Below, piece by piece: positions 24,103-33,100 of a stretch of DNA of 33,100 nt. The translations under genes were made by a program, and so were the position numbers. The stretch covers positions 1 through 33,100 of the forward strand of contig JAPVSP010000427.1 in NCBI GenBank assembly GCA_047519685.1, written 5' to 3'. The notes under the pieces were generated by a model. That model searched no databases. It was not told the DNA's origin and saw only the letters and a program-made list of their open reading frames with translations. Position 1 is the stretch's first letter; each line of letters opens with the position of its first letter. This DNA comes from Chloroflexota bacterium (GTDB lineage Bacteria > Chloroflexota > Limnocylindria > Limnocylindrales > CSP1-4).

Positions 24103-25116
24103 ATGCAGTTCGGATTCACGCTCAAGCCGGACCACTCGATCGAGCGGACGCTGGCCCTGACCCGCCAGGCCGAGGCGGCCGGCTTCGCCTACGGCTGGCT
24201 GTTCGATTCCCATGTCCTGTGGCGCGACCCGTACCCCCTCCTGACGCTGATGGCCCGCGAGACCGAACGGCTGCGGCTGGGGACGTGTGTCACCAACCCC
24301 GCGACACGGGAGCCGACGGTCACGGCCTCGGCGCTCGCGGCGCTCGACGAGCTGAGCGGCGGCCGGATGGATCTCGGGATCGGCCGGGGCGACTCCGCCC
24401 GGCGCGTCCTCGGCAAGCCACCGACGACGATGGCGACCCTCGAGGAGGCCATCCGCGTCATCAAGGATCTCGTCGAGGGCCGGCCGACGCTGTACGAGGG
24501 CACGGAGCTCTCCCTGACCTGGACAGGGCGCTGGCGGCTGCCGGTCTGGGTCGCCGGCTACGGGCCGATGGCGCTGGCGATGACCGGGCGCGTGGCCGAC
24601 GGGCTCATCCTCCAGCTGGCCGACCCGGATCTCATCCGCTGGTTCGTGAGCCAGATGCGCGAGGCGGCCGCCGGAGCCGGGCGCGATCCGGCTGCCATCA
24701 GGGTCCAGGCGGCCGCACCGGCCCACATCGGCTCGCTCGAGCATTGCCGGGATCGCACGCGCTGGTTCCCGGCCCTGGTGTCGAACCACGTCGTGGACCT
24801 GGTGAACAAGTACCCCCGCGAGCAGCTGCCGGAGTCGCTGACCGGCTACATCCGCAGCCGGACGGGCTACGACTACCTCCATCACGCCGAGGTCGGCTCG
24901 GCCAACGCGGCGTTCGTCGGCGACGAGGTGACGGACCGCTTCTGCGTCCTTGGATCGCCCGCGGACCACATCGCCAAGCTGCACGCGCTCGCCGACGCCG
25001 GCGTCGACCAGTTCAACATCTACCTGATGAACGGCGAGGAGGAGGAGCAGCTCGAGGTCTACGGCCGCGAGATCATCCCGTCCTTCCGCGCCGCAGCCGG
25101 AGCCCCGACCGGGTAG
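24103..25116 (+). CDS. Luciferase-like (LLM) oxidoreductase, Mer-like / probably F420-dependent
   Basis: 337 aa from MQFGFTLK (RBS CGGAG 7 nt upstream). LLM hallmarks GFAYGWLFDSHVLW, MDLGIGRGDSARR, PVWVAGYGP, ADGLILQLADP. It lies between the CN-hydrolase and dihydropyrimidinase genes, in the same strand and frame. Confidence 0.85.
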   Translation: MQFGFTLKPDHSIERTLALTRQAEAAGFAYGWLFDSHVLWRDPYPLLTLMARETERLRLGTCVTNPATREPTVTASALAALDELSGGRMDLGIGRGDSARRVLGKPPTTMATLEEAIRVIKDLVEGRPTLYEGTELSLTWTGRWRLPVWVAGYGPMALAMTGRVADGLILQLADPDLIRWFVSQMREAAAGAGRDPAAIRVQAAAPAHIGSLEHCRDRTRWFPALVSNHVVDLVNKYPREQLPESLTGYIRSRTGYDYLHHAEVGSANAAFVGDEVTDRFCVLGSPADHIAKLHALADAGVDQFNIYLMNGEEEEQLEVYGREIIPSFRAAAGAPTG

Positions 25117-25283
25117 AGCCCCTCCAGTTGCCCGGGCCCCGGTGCCCGGGTGCACCGGAGTCGCAGACCGGCGATCGGTGAGGTGCGGTCCGGTGCGGCT
25201 CGTAGCCCGACCGGCCGGCTGGACTCCGGGACCCCCTGGGGGCGCAGACTGAGGGGGATCGAGCCAGTGATCGGAGGGTCCGG

Positions 25284-25529
25284 ATGTCCATGTCCGAGCG
25301 CCTGCACCTGCCAGCGCGCGCCCGCCGCGATCCCTGGTGGGACGTCGAGGGCCGCTCCGTCCGGAACCGGCGGCGCGTCCGCCGCTCGCTGGCCCTGAGC
25401 GTGCTGGCCGCGACGGTCCTCCTCGTCGGGACGGCCACTCGAAGCCCTGATGTGCAGCGGGGCGCCGCCGTGGCCGCCGACCTCGCCGCCGCGGGCCTCT
25501 CCAGCCTCGAGCAACGGGCGACCCGCTGA
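25284..25529 (+). CDS. Hypothetical small protein (81 aa) with one predicted transmembrane/signal-anchor helix
   Basis: RBS GGAGGG 5 nt upstream of the ATG. Almost every codon ends in G/C in this frame. Arg-rich stretch RNRRRVRR is followed by the hydrophobic SLALSVLAATVLLVGTA. No recognisable family. Could also be the 5' remnant of a decayed gene. Confidence 0.4.
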   Translation: MSMSERLHLPARARRDPWWDVEGRSVRNRRRVRRSLALSVLAATVLLVGTATRSPDVQRGAAVAADLAAAGLSSLEQRATR

Positions 25530-25740
25530 GCCCGGTCGCCCGGGGGCTGGCGCCGACCGTGCCCACACCCCCACCGACGACGACCGCGGCGGCGGGGGCG
25601 TCGGCAGGCGCTCGGCCGCGCTCCGCCCTGGGTGGCCTGCACCCACGAGGCGATCCGCGGGGTCCTCCGCTGGCCGCCGCGCGGCGTATCCTCAGCGCCA
25701 GAGTCGCGGAGCGCGAGCGCCGCAGGCATGGAGGAGTCGC

Positions 25741-27138
25741 ATGCGCACGCTCATCACGAACGGCACGATCGTCACCGCCGACGGCTCCTACCGTGCCGAC
25801 GTCCTCGTCGACGGCGAGACGATCGCGGCGATCGGCGCCGACCTGGCCGCGCAGGGCATGACCGCCGACCAGACGATCGACGCGGCCGGCAGGTACGTCA
25901 TCCCCGGGGCGATCGACGCCCACACCCACTTCGAGCTTCCGTTCGGGGGCACGTTCGCGAAGGACACCTTCGAGACCGGCACCCGGGCGGCGGCCTTCGG
26001 CGGGACGACGTCGGTCATCGACTTCGCCGTCCAGTCCAAGGGCAAGACGCTGCGCGAGGGCCTCGACATCTGGATGGCCAAGGCCGAGGGCCACGCGCTC
26101 ATCGACTACGGCTTCCACATGATCATGAGCGACGTGACGGACGATTCGCTCAAGGAGATGGACCGCTTCGTCGCCGAGGGCATCCCCGACTTCAAGCTGT
26201 TCACCGCGTACCCGGGCGTGTTCTTCAGCGACGACGCCTCGATCTTCCGGGCGATGCAGCAGTCGGCCCGGAACGGCGGGCTGATCATGATGCACGCCGA
26301 GAACGGCCCGGCCATCGACGTCGTGGCGGCCGAGTACGTGGCCGAGGGCAAGACCGACCCCTACTGGCACGGCGTCGTCCGTTTCCCGGTCTTCGAGGGC
26401 GAGGCGACCAACCGGGTCATCCGCCTGGCCGAGGCGGCCGGGGCGCCCGTCTACATCGTCCACCTCTCGGCGCGCGACGCGCTGAACGAGGTCCGGGCGG
26501 CGCGCGACCGCGGGACGAAGGCCTTCGCCGAGACCTGCCCGCAGTACCTGTTCCTGTCGCTCGACGACCTGGGCAACGGCTTCGAGGGCTCCAAGTTCGT
26601 CTGCTCGCCGCCGCTGCGGCCGGCCGACCACCAGGTCGACCTGTGGACCGGCCTCATCAAGGACGACCTGCAGCTCGTCTCCACCGACCACTGCCCGTTC
26701 GACTTCCACGGCCAGAAGGAGCTCGGCCGGGGCGACTTCCGGAAGATCCCGAACGGGCTGCCGGCGGTCGAGGACCGGGTCGACCTGATGCACGATGGCG
26801 GCGTGGTCGGGGGGCGGATCACCAAGGAACGCTGGGTCGAGGTCGTCTCGACGGCACCGGCCAGGATGTTCGGGATGTACCCCAGGAAGGGCGCGATCGC
26901 GGTCGGCGCGGACGCGGATATCGTGATCTACGACCCGGACCGGAAGCACACCATCAGCGCCCGAACGCATCATATGGACGTCGACTACTCGTGCTACGAA
27001 GGCCGGGTGGTCCAGGGGGGCTCGGACGTCGTGATGTCGCGAGGGACGGTCATCGTGCGCGACGGCCAGTGGCTCGGGCCGGCCGGCCACGGCAGGTTCG
27101 TGAAGCGGTCCCCGGCCGACTACGTCCGGACGGCCTGA
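25741..27138 (+). CDS. hydA: Dihydropyrimidinase / D-hydantoinase (cyclic amidohydrolase)
   Basis: 465 aa from MRTLITNG (RBS GGAGGAG). Metal ligands in the expected order: IDAHTHFELP (HxH), DFKLFTAY (carboxylated Lys), MHAENG, YIVHLS, VSTDHCPF. The track ORF from 25450 is an over-extension. Confidence 0.9.
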   Translation: MRTLITNGTIVTADGSYRADVLVDGETIAAIGADLAAQGMTADQTIDAAGRYVIPGAIDAHTHFELPFGGTFAKDTFETGTRAAAFGGTTSVIDFAVQSKGKTLREGLDIWMAKAEGHALIDYGFHMIMSDVTDDSLKEMDRFVAEGIPDFKLFTAYPGVFFSDDASIFRAMQQSARNGGLIMMHAENGPAIDVVAAEYVAEGKTDPYWHGVVRFPVFEGEATNRVIRLAEAAGAPVYIVHLSARDALNEVRAARDRGTKAFAETCPQYLFLSLDDLGNGFEGSKFVCSPPLRPADHQVDLWTGLIKDDLQLVSTDHCPFDFHGQKELGRGDFRKIPNGLPAVEDRVDLMHDGGVVGGRITKERWVEVVSTAPARMFGMYPRKGAIAVGADADIVIYDPDRKHTISARTHHMDVDYSCYEGRVVQGGSDVVMSRGTVIVRDGQWLGPAGHGRFVKRSPADYVRTA

Positions 27139-27303
27139 CCGGGCGGCGCCGAGCTCCGGCGGGGACGGTCCCAGCCCGGGCCACGGCGCCTCGAGTGTGG
27201 GCCGGGCCCTTCGGGAGCGTGGCCAACGTACGGATCGTCGCCGGGCTCGCGCCCCGGGCTACGATCGGACGAGTCGTCCCGAGCCGCCGGAGGTAGCGCG
27301 AGC

Positions 27304-27627
27304 ATGTACGTGACCCTCGTCCATATCCACGTCCGGCCGGAGCACCTGGAGCCGTTCGTCGACGCCACGCGGGCCAATCACGAGGCGTCGATCCGCGAGC
27401 TCGGCAGCGTCCGCTTCGACGTCCTCCGCTCGGTCGAGGATCCGACGCGCTTCATCCTCTACGAAGCGTACGTCGACGAGGCGGCCGCCCGCGCCCACAA
27501 GGAGACGCTGCACTACCTCGCCTGGCGCGACGCGGTGGCGGACTGGCTGGTGGAGCCTCGACACGGCGAGCGCTACGACGGGCTCTTCCCCGACATCCCG
27601 GATCCGCACCCGCCGGCCGGGCGGTGA
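27304..27627 (+). CDS. ABM-domain protein (antibiotic-biosynthesis-monooxygenase / YgiN-LsrG-like ferredoxin fold)
   Basis: 107 aa. MYVTLVHIHVRPEHLEPFVDATRANHEASIRELGSVRFDVLRSVEDPTRFILYEAYVDEAAARAHKETLHY fits the ABM dimeric alpha/beta-barrel pattern. RBS GGAGG is upstream. Confidence 0.75.
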   Translation: MYVTLVHIHVRPEHLEPFVDATRANHEASIRELGSVRFDVLRSVEDPTRFILYEAYVDEAAARAHKETLHYLAWRDAVADWLVEPRHGERYDGLFPDIPDPHPPAGR

Positions 27628-28853
27628 ATCCGGCCCCGAGCGCCGGGGTCGCGGCCCTCCCGGCGTTCACGGTCGCCCGGCTGCCGCGGATCGAGTTCGG
27701 GCCCGGCCGGTTCTCGGTCGTCCCCGAGGCGGTCGCGCGCCACGGCCAGCACGTCCTGCTCGTGACCGGCGGACGGTCGTTCCGGGCGAGCGGCCGCTGG
27801 GAGGGGCTCGTCGCGGCGCTCGACGGGATGGGCATCGCCCACGAGGAGCTGCGGGTCGAGGGCGAGCCGTCGCCCGATTCCGTGGACGAGGCCGTCGCTC
27901 GCTTCCGAGGCGGGCGGATCGACGTCGTCCTGGGGATCGGCGGCGGCAGCGCGCTCGACACGGCGAAGGCCGTCGCCGGCCTGCTCGCGACCGGGACGTC
28001 GGCCCGGGACCACCTGGAGGGCGTTGGTCCGGGGCTCCCCTACCCGGGCCCGGCGACGCCGTTCATCGCCGTCCCGACCACCGCCGGCACCGGCAGCGAG
28101 GCGACGAAGAACGCCGTCCTGAGCGTCCGCCGCGAAGGCGGCTTCAAGCGCTCGTTCCGCGACGAGCGGCTCGTGGCGCGTGAGGCCATGATCGACCCGG
28201 ACCTGCTGGTCGGCTGCCCGCCAGCGCTCATCGCCGCCGACGGGCTGGATGCCCTGACCCAGCTGCTCGAGTCGTACGTCTCGCTGGGGGCCGGCCCGTT
28301 CACCGACGCGCTCGCGCTGAGCGGGCTCGAGGCCGCCCGGGACGGCCTGCTCGAATGGCATCGGGCGGCCGTCGAGGGCGCCGACGCGCCCGACGGGCGC
28401 GTCCGGATGGCGTACGCCGCGCTGCTCTCGGGGATCTGCCTCGCTCAGGCCGGGCTGGGCGCGGTCCACGGGTTCGCCGCGGCCCTGGGGGCCTACTTCC
28501 CCATCCCCCACGGTGCCGCGTGCGGCGCGACCCTCGTCGCGGCGGTCGAGGCGAACCTCGCCGCCCTCGAGGCGCGCGAGCCGGCGAGCCCGGCGCTCGA
28601 ACGGTATGCGCGGCTCGGCCGGCTGCTCGGCCGGCTCCCGGAGGGGACGCCCGGTCCGGAGGCCCGGCGCACGCTGGTGGAGCGGCTCGGAGCCTGGACC
28701 GGAGCGCTGCGCATCCCTGGCCTCGCGGCCCACGGCGTCGGGAGCCGGGACGTCGAGCGGCTCGTCGGGGCGAGCCGCGGAAGCAGCATGCGGACGAACC
28801 CGATCGCACTCCGCGACGACGAGCTGGCCGCGATCCTGGAGCGGAGTCTCTGA
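27624..28853 (+). CDS. Iron-containing (group III) alcohol dehydrogenase; candidate malonic/methylmalonic semialdehyde reductase
   Basis: 409 aa. The GTG start overlaps the ABM stop (GTGA). Fe-ADH motifs GIGGGSALDTAKA, PTTAGTGSE, and His-rich metal-site region AVHGFAAALGAYFPIPHGAACG. Confidence 0.85.
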   Translation: MNPAPSAGVAALPAFTVARLPRIEFGPGRFSVVPEAVARHGQHVLLVTGGRSFRASGRWEGLVAALDGMGIAHEELRVEGEPSPDSVDEAVARFRGGRIDVVLGIGGGSALDTAKAVAGLLATGTSARDHLEGVGPGLPYPGPATPFIAVPTTAGTGSEATKNAVLSVRREGGFKRSFRDERLVAREAMIDPDLLVGCPPALIAADGLDALTQLLESYVSLGAGPFTDALALSGLEAARDGLLEWHRAAVEGADAPDGRVRMAYAALLSGICLAQAGLGAVHGFAAALGAYFPIPHGAACGATLVAAVEANLAALEAREPASPALERYARLGRLLGRLPEGTPGPEARRTLVERLGAWTGALRIPGLAAHGVGSRDVERLVGASRGSSMRTNPIALRDDELAAILERSL

Positions 28854-28892
28854 GGGCGGTCCCGGCGCCGGGCGACCGCGCCCCCGGCCCGG

Positions 28893-30431
<1,539 letters not shown>

Positions 30432-30529
30432 CGTCGGGGACCTCTGCGACTGCTCCTCCCCGCTCGGGGGACGCTGTTGAGGCTGACACGATACCCTGTC
30501 GGGCCGCGTCACGGCCCCAGAAGGCATGG

Positions 30530-30562
30530 GAAGGCCCGCCCGGCGGGGCCGGGCGGGCCTTC
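30530..30562 (-). terminator. Strong hairpin downstream of the protease gene (terminator candidate)
   Basis: GAAGGCCCGCCCGGC (30530-30544) / loop GGG / GCCGGGCGGGCCTTC (30548-30562), a perfect 15-bp stem. It lies 22 nt after the stop at 30584. Only a weak U-tract follows. Confidence 0.6.
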
Positions 30563-30583
30563 GAGGCTCGGGTGAGCCGAGCG

Positions 30584-33100
30584 CTATGGATCGACGCGGA
30601 CGATCGTCGGGTTGGGCATCCCGGCCACGCCGCCGTAGGCGACGGAGCCGAGGTACCTGGTGCCGGCGGCCAGGCCGCTGAACGACAGGGTGATGTCGCC
30701 GGTCGCGCCCAGGACGGCGGTCGTCGGCGCGGTGACCGTCATGTTCCCGGCGTCGGCCGACCCGAGCGCCCAGGTGAAGAGCGTGAACGTCGTCGGGTTC
30801 GCGGTGGCGAAGCCGTGGACCCACACGGTGTAGGTGGCGGCGACCGGGTTGAGGAGATCGACCTCCTCCGCCGCCGTTCCGCCGGTGCTCGAGCCGACCC
30901 GCGTCGCGCCCCGGTAGACGTAGAGGTCGAGGTCGCTCGGCGCCGAGACGGCGCTGTCGAACAGGGAGAACCGGGCGTAGGTCGTCCCGGCCGGGACGGC
31001 GACGTCGAACTTCTCGGCGAACGGGCTCTCGACGGGGGCGAACGTGCCGGACGGATCCGTCGTGACGGATCCGGTGAAGGTCGTGGCCGGGAGGAGGCCG
31101 CGGGCCGTCGCGGTGAATGGGCCGCTGTACCCGAAGGTCACCGGGTAGGCGATCGGCCCGCCCGTCCCGGAGACCTGCGCCGGCGCCGCGAGGGCGACCG
31201 GCCGGACGACCGCGGGGATCCGCACGCTGTGGGTCCCGTCGCTCCACGTGATCTGGCCGCCGGTGTAGGCGTTGAGCGGCGCGGTCGACTCGGTGATCGT
31301 GATCTGGATCGTCTGCTTGGCTCCGGGCGCGAGAGTGAACGAGGAGGGGCTGAAGGCCACGCCGAACCCGGCGAGGCCGGTGAAGGAGGCGCTGTATGTC
31401 ACTGTCGCGTTGCCGACGTTCCTGACCGTGCGGGTGACGGTCCGCGAGCCCGCGAGCGCGCCGATGGCGAGCGAGGGGCTGTTGTAGTCGGACGGGCTCA
31501 GGACGGGGATCCCGGCACCCGCGCAGAACGAGGTCGGGAGCTGGGTCCCGCACAGGAAGCCCAGCCATTCGTTCCAGCCTGAGTCGAAGACGAGGCCCGG
31601 ATCGGCCGCGCTGTTCGGCCGCACGTGGCCGGCTCCCTGCCGGAAGATGACCGTCGGGTTCGTGTTCGGCCCGTCGAGGACATCGTAGGCGCTGGTCATG
31701 AGCGCCGACTTGATGGCCATCGGCGACCAGGTCGGGTGGAGGTCCTTGAGCAGCGCCGCGAGGCCCGCGACGTGCGGTGCCGACATCGACGTGCCGCTGT
31801 AGAGGTTGAAGTCCCGGCCGGCGTTGCCAGGAGGCGCCACCGCCGCGAGGATGTCCTGGCCGGGCGCGATGAGGTCCGGCTTCAGCAGGTCGGCCGTGGC
31901 CTGGTTCGGGCCACGCGACGAGAAGCTGGCCGTGAACGGGGCCGGCGCGTCGTAGACGATCGTCGCCTGGTTGATCGTCGCGGTCGCGCCCGCCGTCGCC
32001 GCGTAGGCGTGGATCGCCACATAGTCGGTGTCGGCCAGGTGCACGGTCGGGACGAAGTGGAAGTCTGCGTTGAGCGAGCCCGCGACCACGTTGACGAGGA
32101 CCATCCCGACCCCGCCGGCCTCCTGGACCGCCAGGCTCTTGTTCACCCGTGCCGTGGTACCGCGATCGCAGAGGACGATCTTGCCGGCGACCTTGGCCGG
32201 GTCGAGGACGGCCACGCCGCCGTTGTCGATCGCCGCGTAGCACAGGGCGACCTTGGTCGGGTCGGCCCCCGCCACGGCCGCCGCCGAGGCCTCGATGAAC
32301 GGCGCGGGCCCGACCTTCGTCGCGACCGACGCACCGGTGTACGTGGCGTCGTTGCCGAGGGTCACCGACCCGGAGCCGCTGCGGTTGTGGGTCCCGGCCG
32401 CGACGGTGGTCACCCACGGGACTGGATGGGCGACGGTTCCCGTCGCCGGTCCGCTGTTGCCGGCCGACTCCGATACGAAGATGCCGGCGTTGGCCGCGTA
32501 GAGGAACGAGATCTCCACGGGGTCGCGCAGGTTCGTCAGCGTGCCGCTGATCGAGTAGTTGATGACGTCGACGCCGTCGGAGACGGCCTGGTCGATGGCG
32601 GCGACGAGGTCGCTCGTGAAGCCGCTTGCGGTCGACGCGTCCTGCGTCGAGTAGAGCGCCTTGTACATCGCGATCCGCGCGCGAGGCGCCATCCCGTTGA
32701 TCGGGCCGAATACAGCCGCGGGCCCGGTGGTCGGGACGCCGTGGTTGCCGGCGGCCGTCGACGACGTGTGCGTCCCGTGGCCGTTGTAGTCGCGGACCGA
32801 GGCGAACTCCCATGGCCGCTCGGCGTTGAGGCCGGCGTCGCCGCCCCACGCAGCGTCGAACCACCGGGCGCCGATGAGCTTCTGGTTGCACATCGAGGCG
32901 ACGAACGCCTCGCCGGGGGTGCACTTCCCGTGCCAGCCGGGGATCTGCTGGAAGGCGAGCTTCGCGGTCGGCGCGGAGCTCGGGTTCCCGTTCGCGTCCA
33001 CCCGATCGGTGAAGCTGAGCGACTCCGGCCAGATGCCGGAGTCGATGTCGCCGACGATGATCCCCTCGCCAGCGCTCGTGACGCCGCCGAGCTGATCCCA
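30584..33100 (-). CDS. Subtilisin-like serine protease (S8A subtilase with PA-domain insert and C-terminal beta-sandwich/PPC-like domains); 5' end outside the window
   Basis: The frame stays open to nt 33100, so the track 'M' at 33001 is an internal GTG. Catalytic Asp IIVGDIDSGIWPES is encoded at 33010-33051. Also His NGHGTHTSSTAAG, oxyanion Asn SAGNSGP and Ser GTSMSAPHVAG. PA-like insert KIVLCDRGTTARVNK. The C-terminal region resembles a pre-peptidase C-terminal domain (DLDLYVY...TYTVWVHGF). Confidence 0.9.
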   Translation of the reverse strand, partial: WDQLGGVTSAGEGIIVGDIDSGIWPESLSFTDRVDANGNPSSAPTAKLAFQQIPGWHGKCTPGEAFVASMCNQKLIGARWFDAAWGGDAGLNAERPWEFASVRDYNGHGTHTSSTAAGNHGVPTTGPAAVFGPINGMAPRARIAMYKALYSTQDASTASGFTSDLVAAIDQAVSDGVDVINYSISGTLTNLRDPVEISFLYAANAGIFVSESAGNSGPATGTVAHPVPWVTTVAAGTHNRSGSGSVTLGNDATYTGASVATKVGPAPFIEASAAAVAGADPTKVALCYAAIDNGGVAVLDPAKVAGKIVLCDRGTTARVNKSLAVQEAGGVGMVLVNVVAGSLNADFHFVPTVHLADTDYVAIHAYAATAGATATINQATIVYDAPAPFTASFSSRGPNQATADLLKPDLIAPGQDILAAVAPPGNAGRDFNLYSGTSMSAPHVAGLAALLKDLHPTWSPMAIKSALMTSAYDVLDGPNTNPTVIFRQGAGHVRPNSAADPGLVFDSGWNEWLGFLCGTQLPTSFCAGAGIPVLSPSDYNSPSLAIGALAGSRTVTRTVRNVGNATVTYSASFTGLAGFGVAFSPSSFTLAPGAKQTIQITITESTAPLNAYTGGQITWSDGTHSVRIPAVVRPVALAAPAQVSGTGGPIAYPVTFGYSGPFTATARGLLPATTFTGSVTTDPSGTFAPVESPFAEKFDVAVPAGTTYARFSLFDSAVSAPSDLDLYVYRGATRVGSSTGGTAAEEVDLLNPVAATYTVWVHGFATANPTTFTLFTWALGSADAGNMTVTAPTTAVLGATGDITLSFSGLAAGTRYLGSVAYGGVAGMPNPTIVRVDP

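Noticed and set aside
25559-25861. 100-aa plus-strand ORF (MPTPPPTTTAAAGASAG...) in the LLM-hydA gap, and minus-strand ORFs 25059-25646 and 25073-25729.
   Set aside because: Their translations are low-complexity or Arg-rich. They overlap the well-supported hydA start, have no RBS, and have poorer frame-specific GC3 than the 25284-25529 ORF.
23074-27090. 1338-aa ORF on the minus strand spanning the whole plus-strand pyd gene set.
   Set aside because: It is the codon-aligned antisense frame of three plus-strand genes that all happen to be in frame 1 (starts 23176, 24103, 25741). Antisense stops would require sense TTA/CTA/TCA codons, which this GC3-saturated genome avoids. The translation is Arg/Asp/Gly/Pro-rich low-information sequence with no motifs, while the sense-strand proteins have clear family signatures.
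28854-28892. Possible terminator between the convergent Fe-ADH and mmsA genes (GGTCCCGGCGCCGGGCGACC).
   Set aside because: The palindrome has no room for a loop at its centre and needs a 2-nt bulge, so I could not draw a convincing hairpin.

Overview
Very GC-rich, gene-dense bacterial chromosome segment; third codon positions are almost all G/C. Two luciferase-like (LLM) oxidoreductases of the kind usually annotated as F420-dependent, GGAGG-type ribosome-binding sites and Tat-lipoprotein signals suggest an Actinomycetota-like organism. That taxonomy is inference only. I saw no rRNA, tRNA, CRISPR array, IS element, integrase or phage gene.

I call 28 CDS (two cut by the window edges), one decayed regulator gene, five stem-loops, one LacI-type operator-like palindrome and two tentative promoters. 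Many very long track ORFs, up to 1343 aa, are antisense or read-through artefacts of the GC3 bias and are rejected.

Functional blocks:
(1) nt ~1000-14100: a catabolic locus. A minus-strand operon runs DegT-type aminotransferase, LacI regulator, PotABCD-type ABC importer, Zn-alcohol dehydrogenase, IolE/MocC-like TIM barrel. A convergent Gfo/Idh/MocA oxidoreductase lies beyond its 3' end. At the operon's 5' end a divergent pair encodes an 865-aa protein (unrecognisable N-terminal part plus metal-hydrolase-like C-terminal part) and a second TIM-barrel isomerase.
(2) nt 14077-17383: an LLM oxidoreductase, a stand-alone asnA and a secreted SGNH hydrolase.
(3) nt 17541-30431: a reductive pyrimidine-catabolism island. 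It holds dihydropyrimidinase, beta-ureidopropionase, class-III aminotransferase, MmsA, an Fe-ADH, an ABM protein and a ThiY/NMT1-type ABC importer, but no recognisable dihydropyrimidine dehydrogenase. An LLM oxidoreductase sits in the core instead.
(4) nt 30584-33100: a subtilase.

The best candidates for undescribed biology are the LLM enzyme in the dihydropyrimidine-dehydrogenase (PydA) slot and the LacI-controlled amino-cyclitol/amino-polyol-like locus with its large unknown-domain hydrolase. All functional calls rest on motif recognition by eye; no searches were run.
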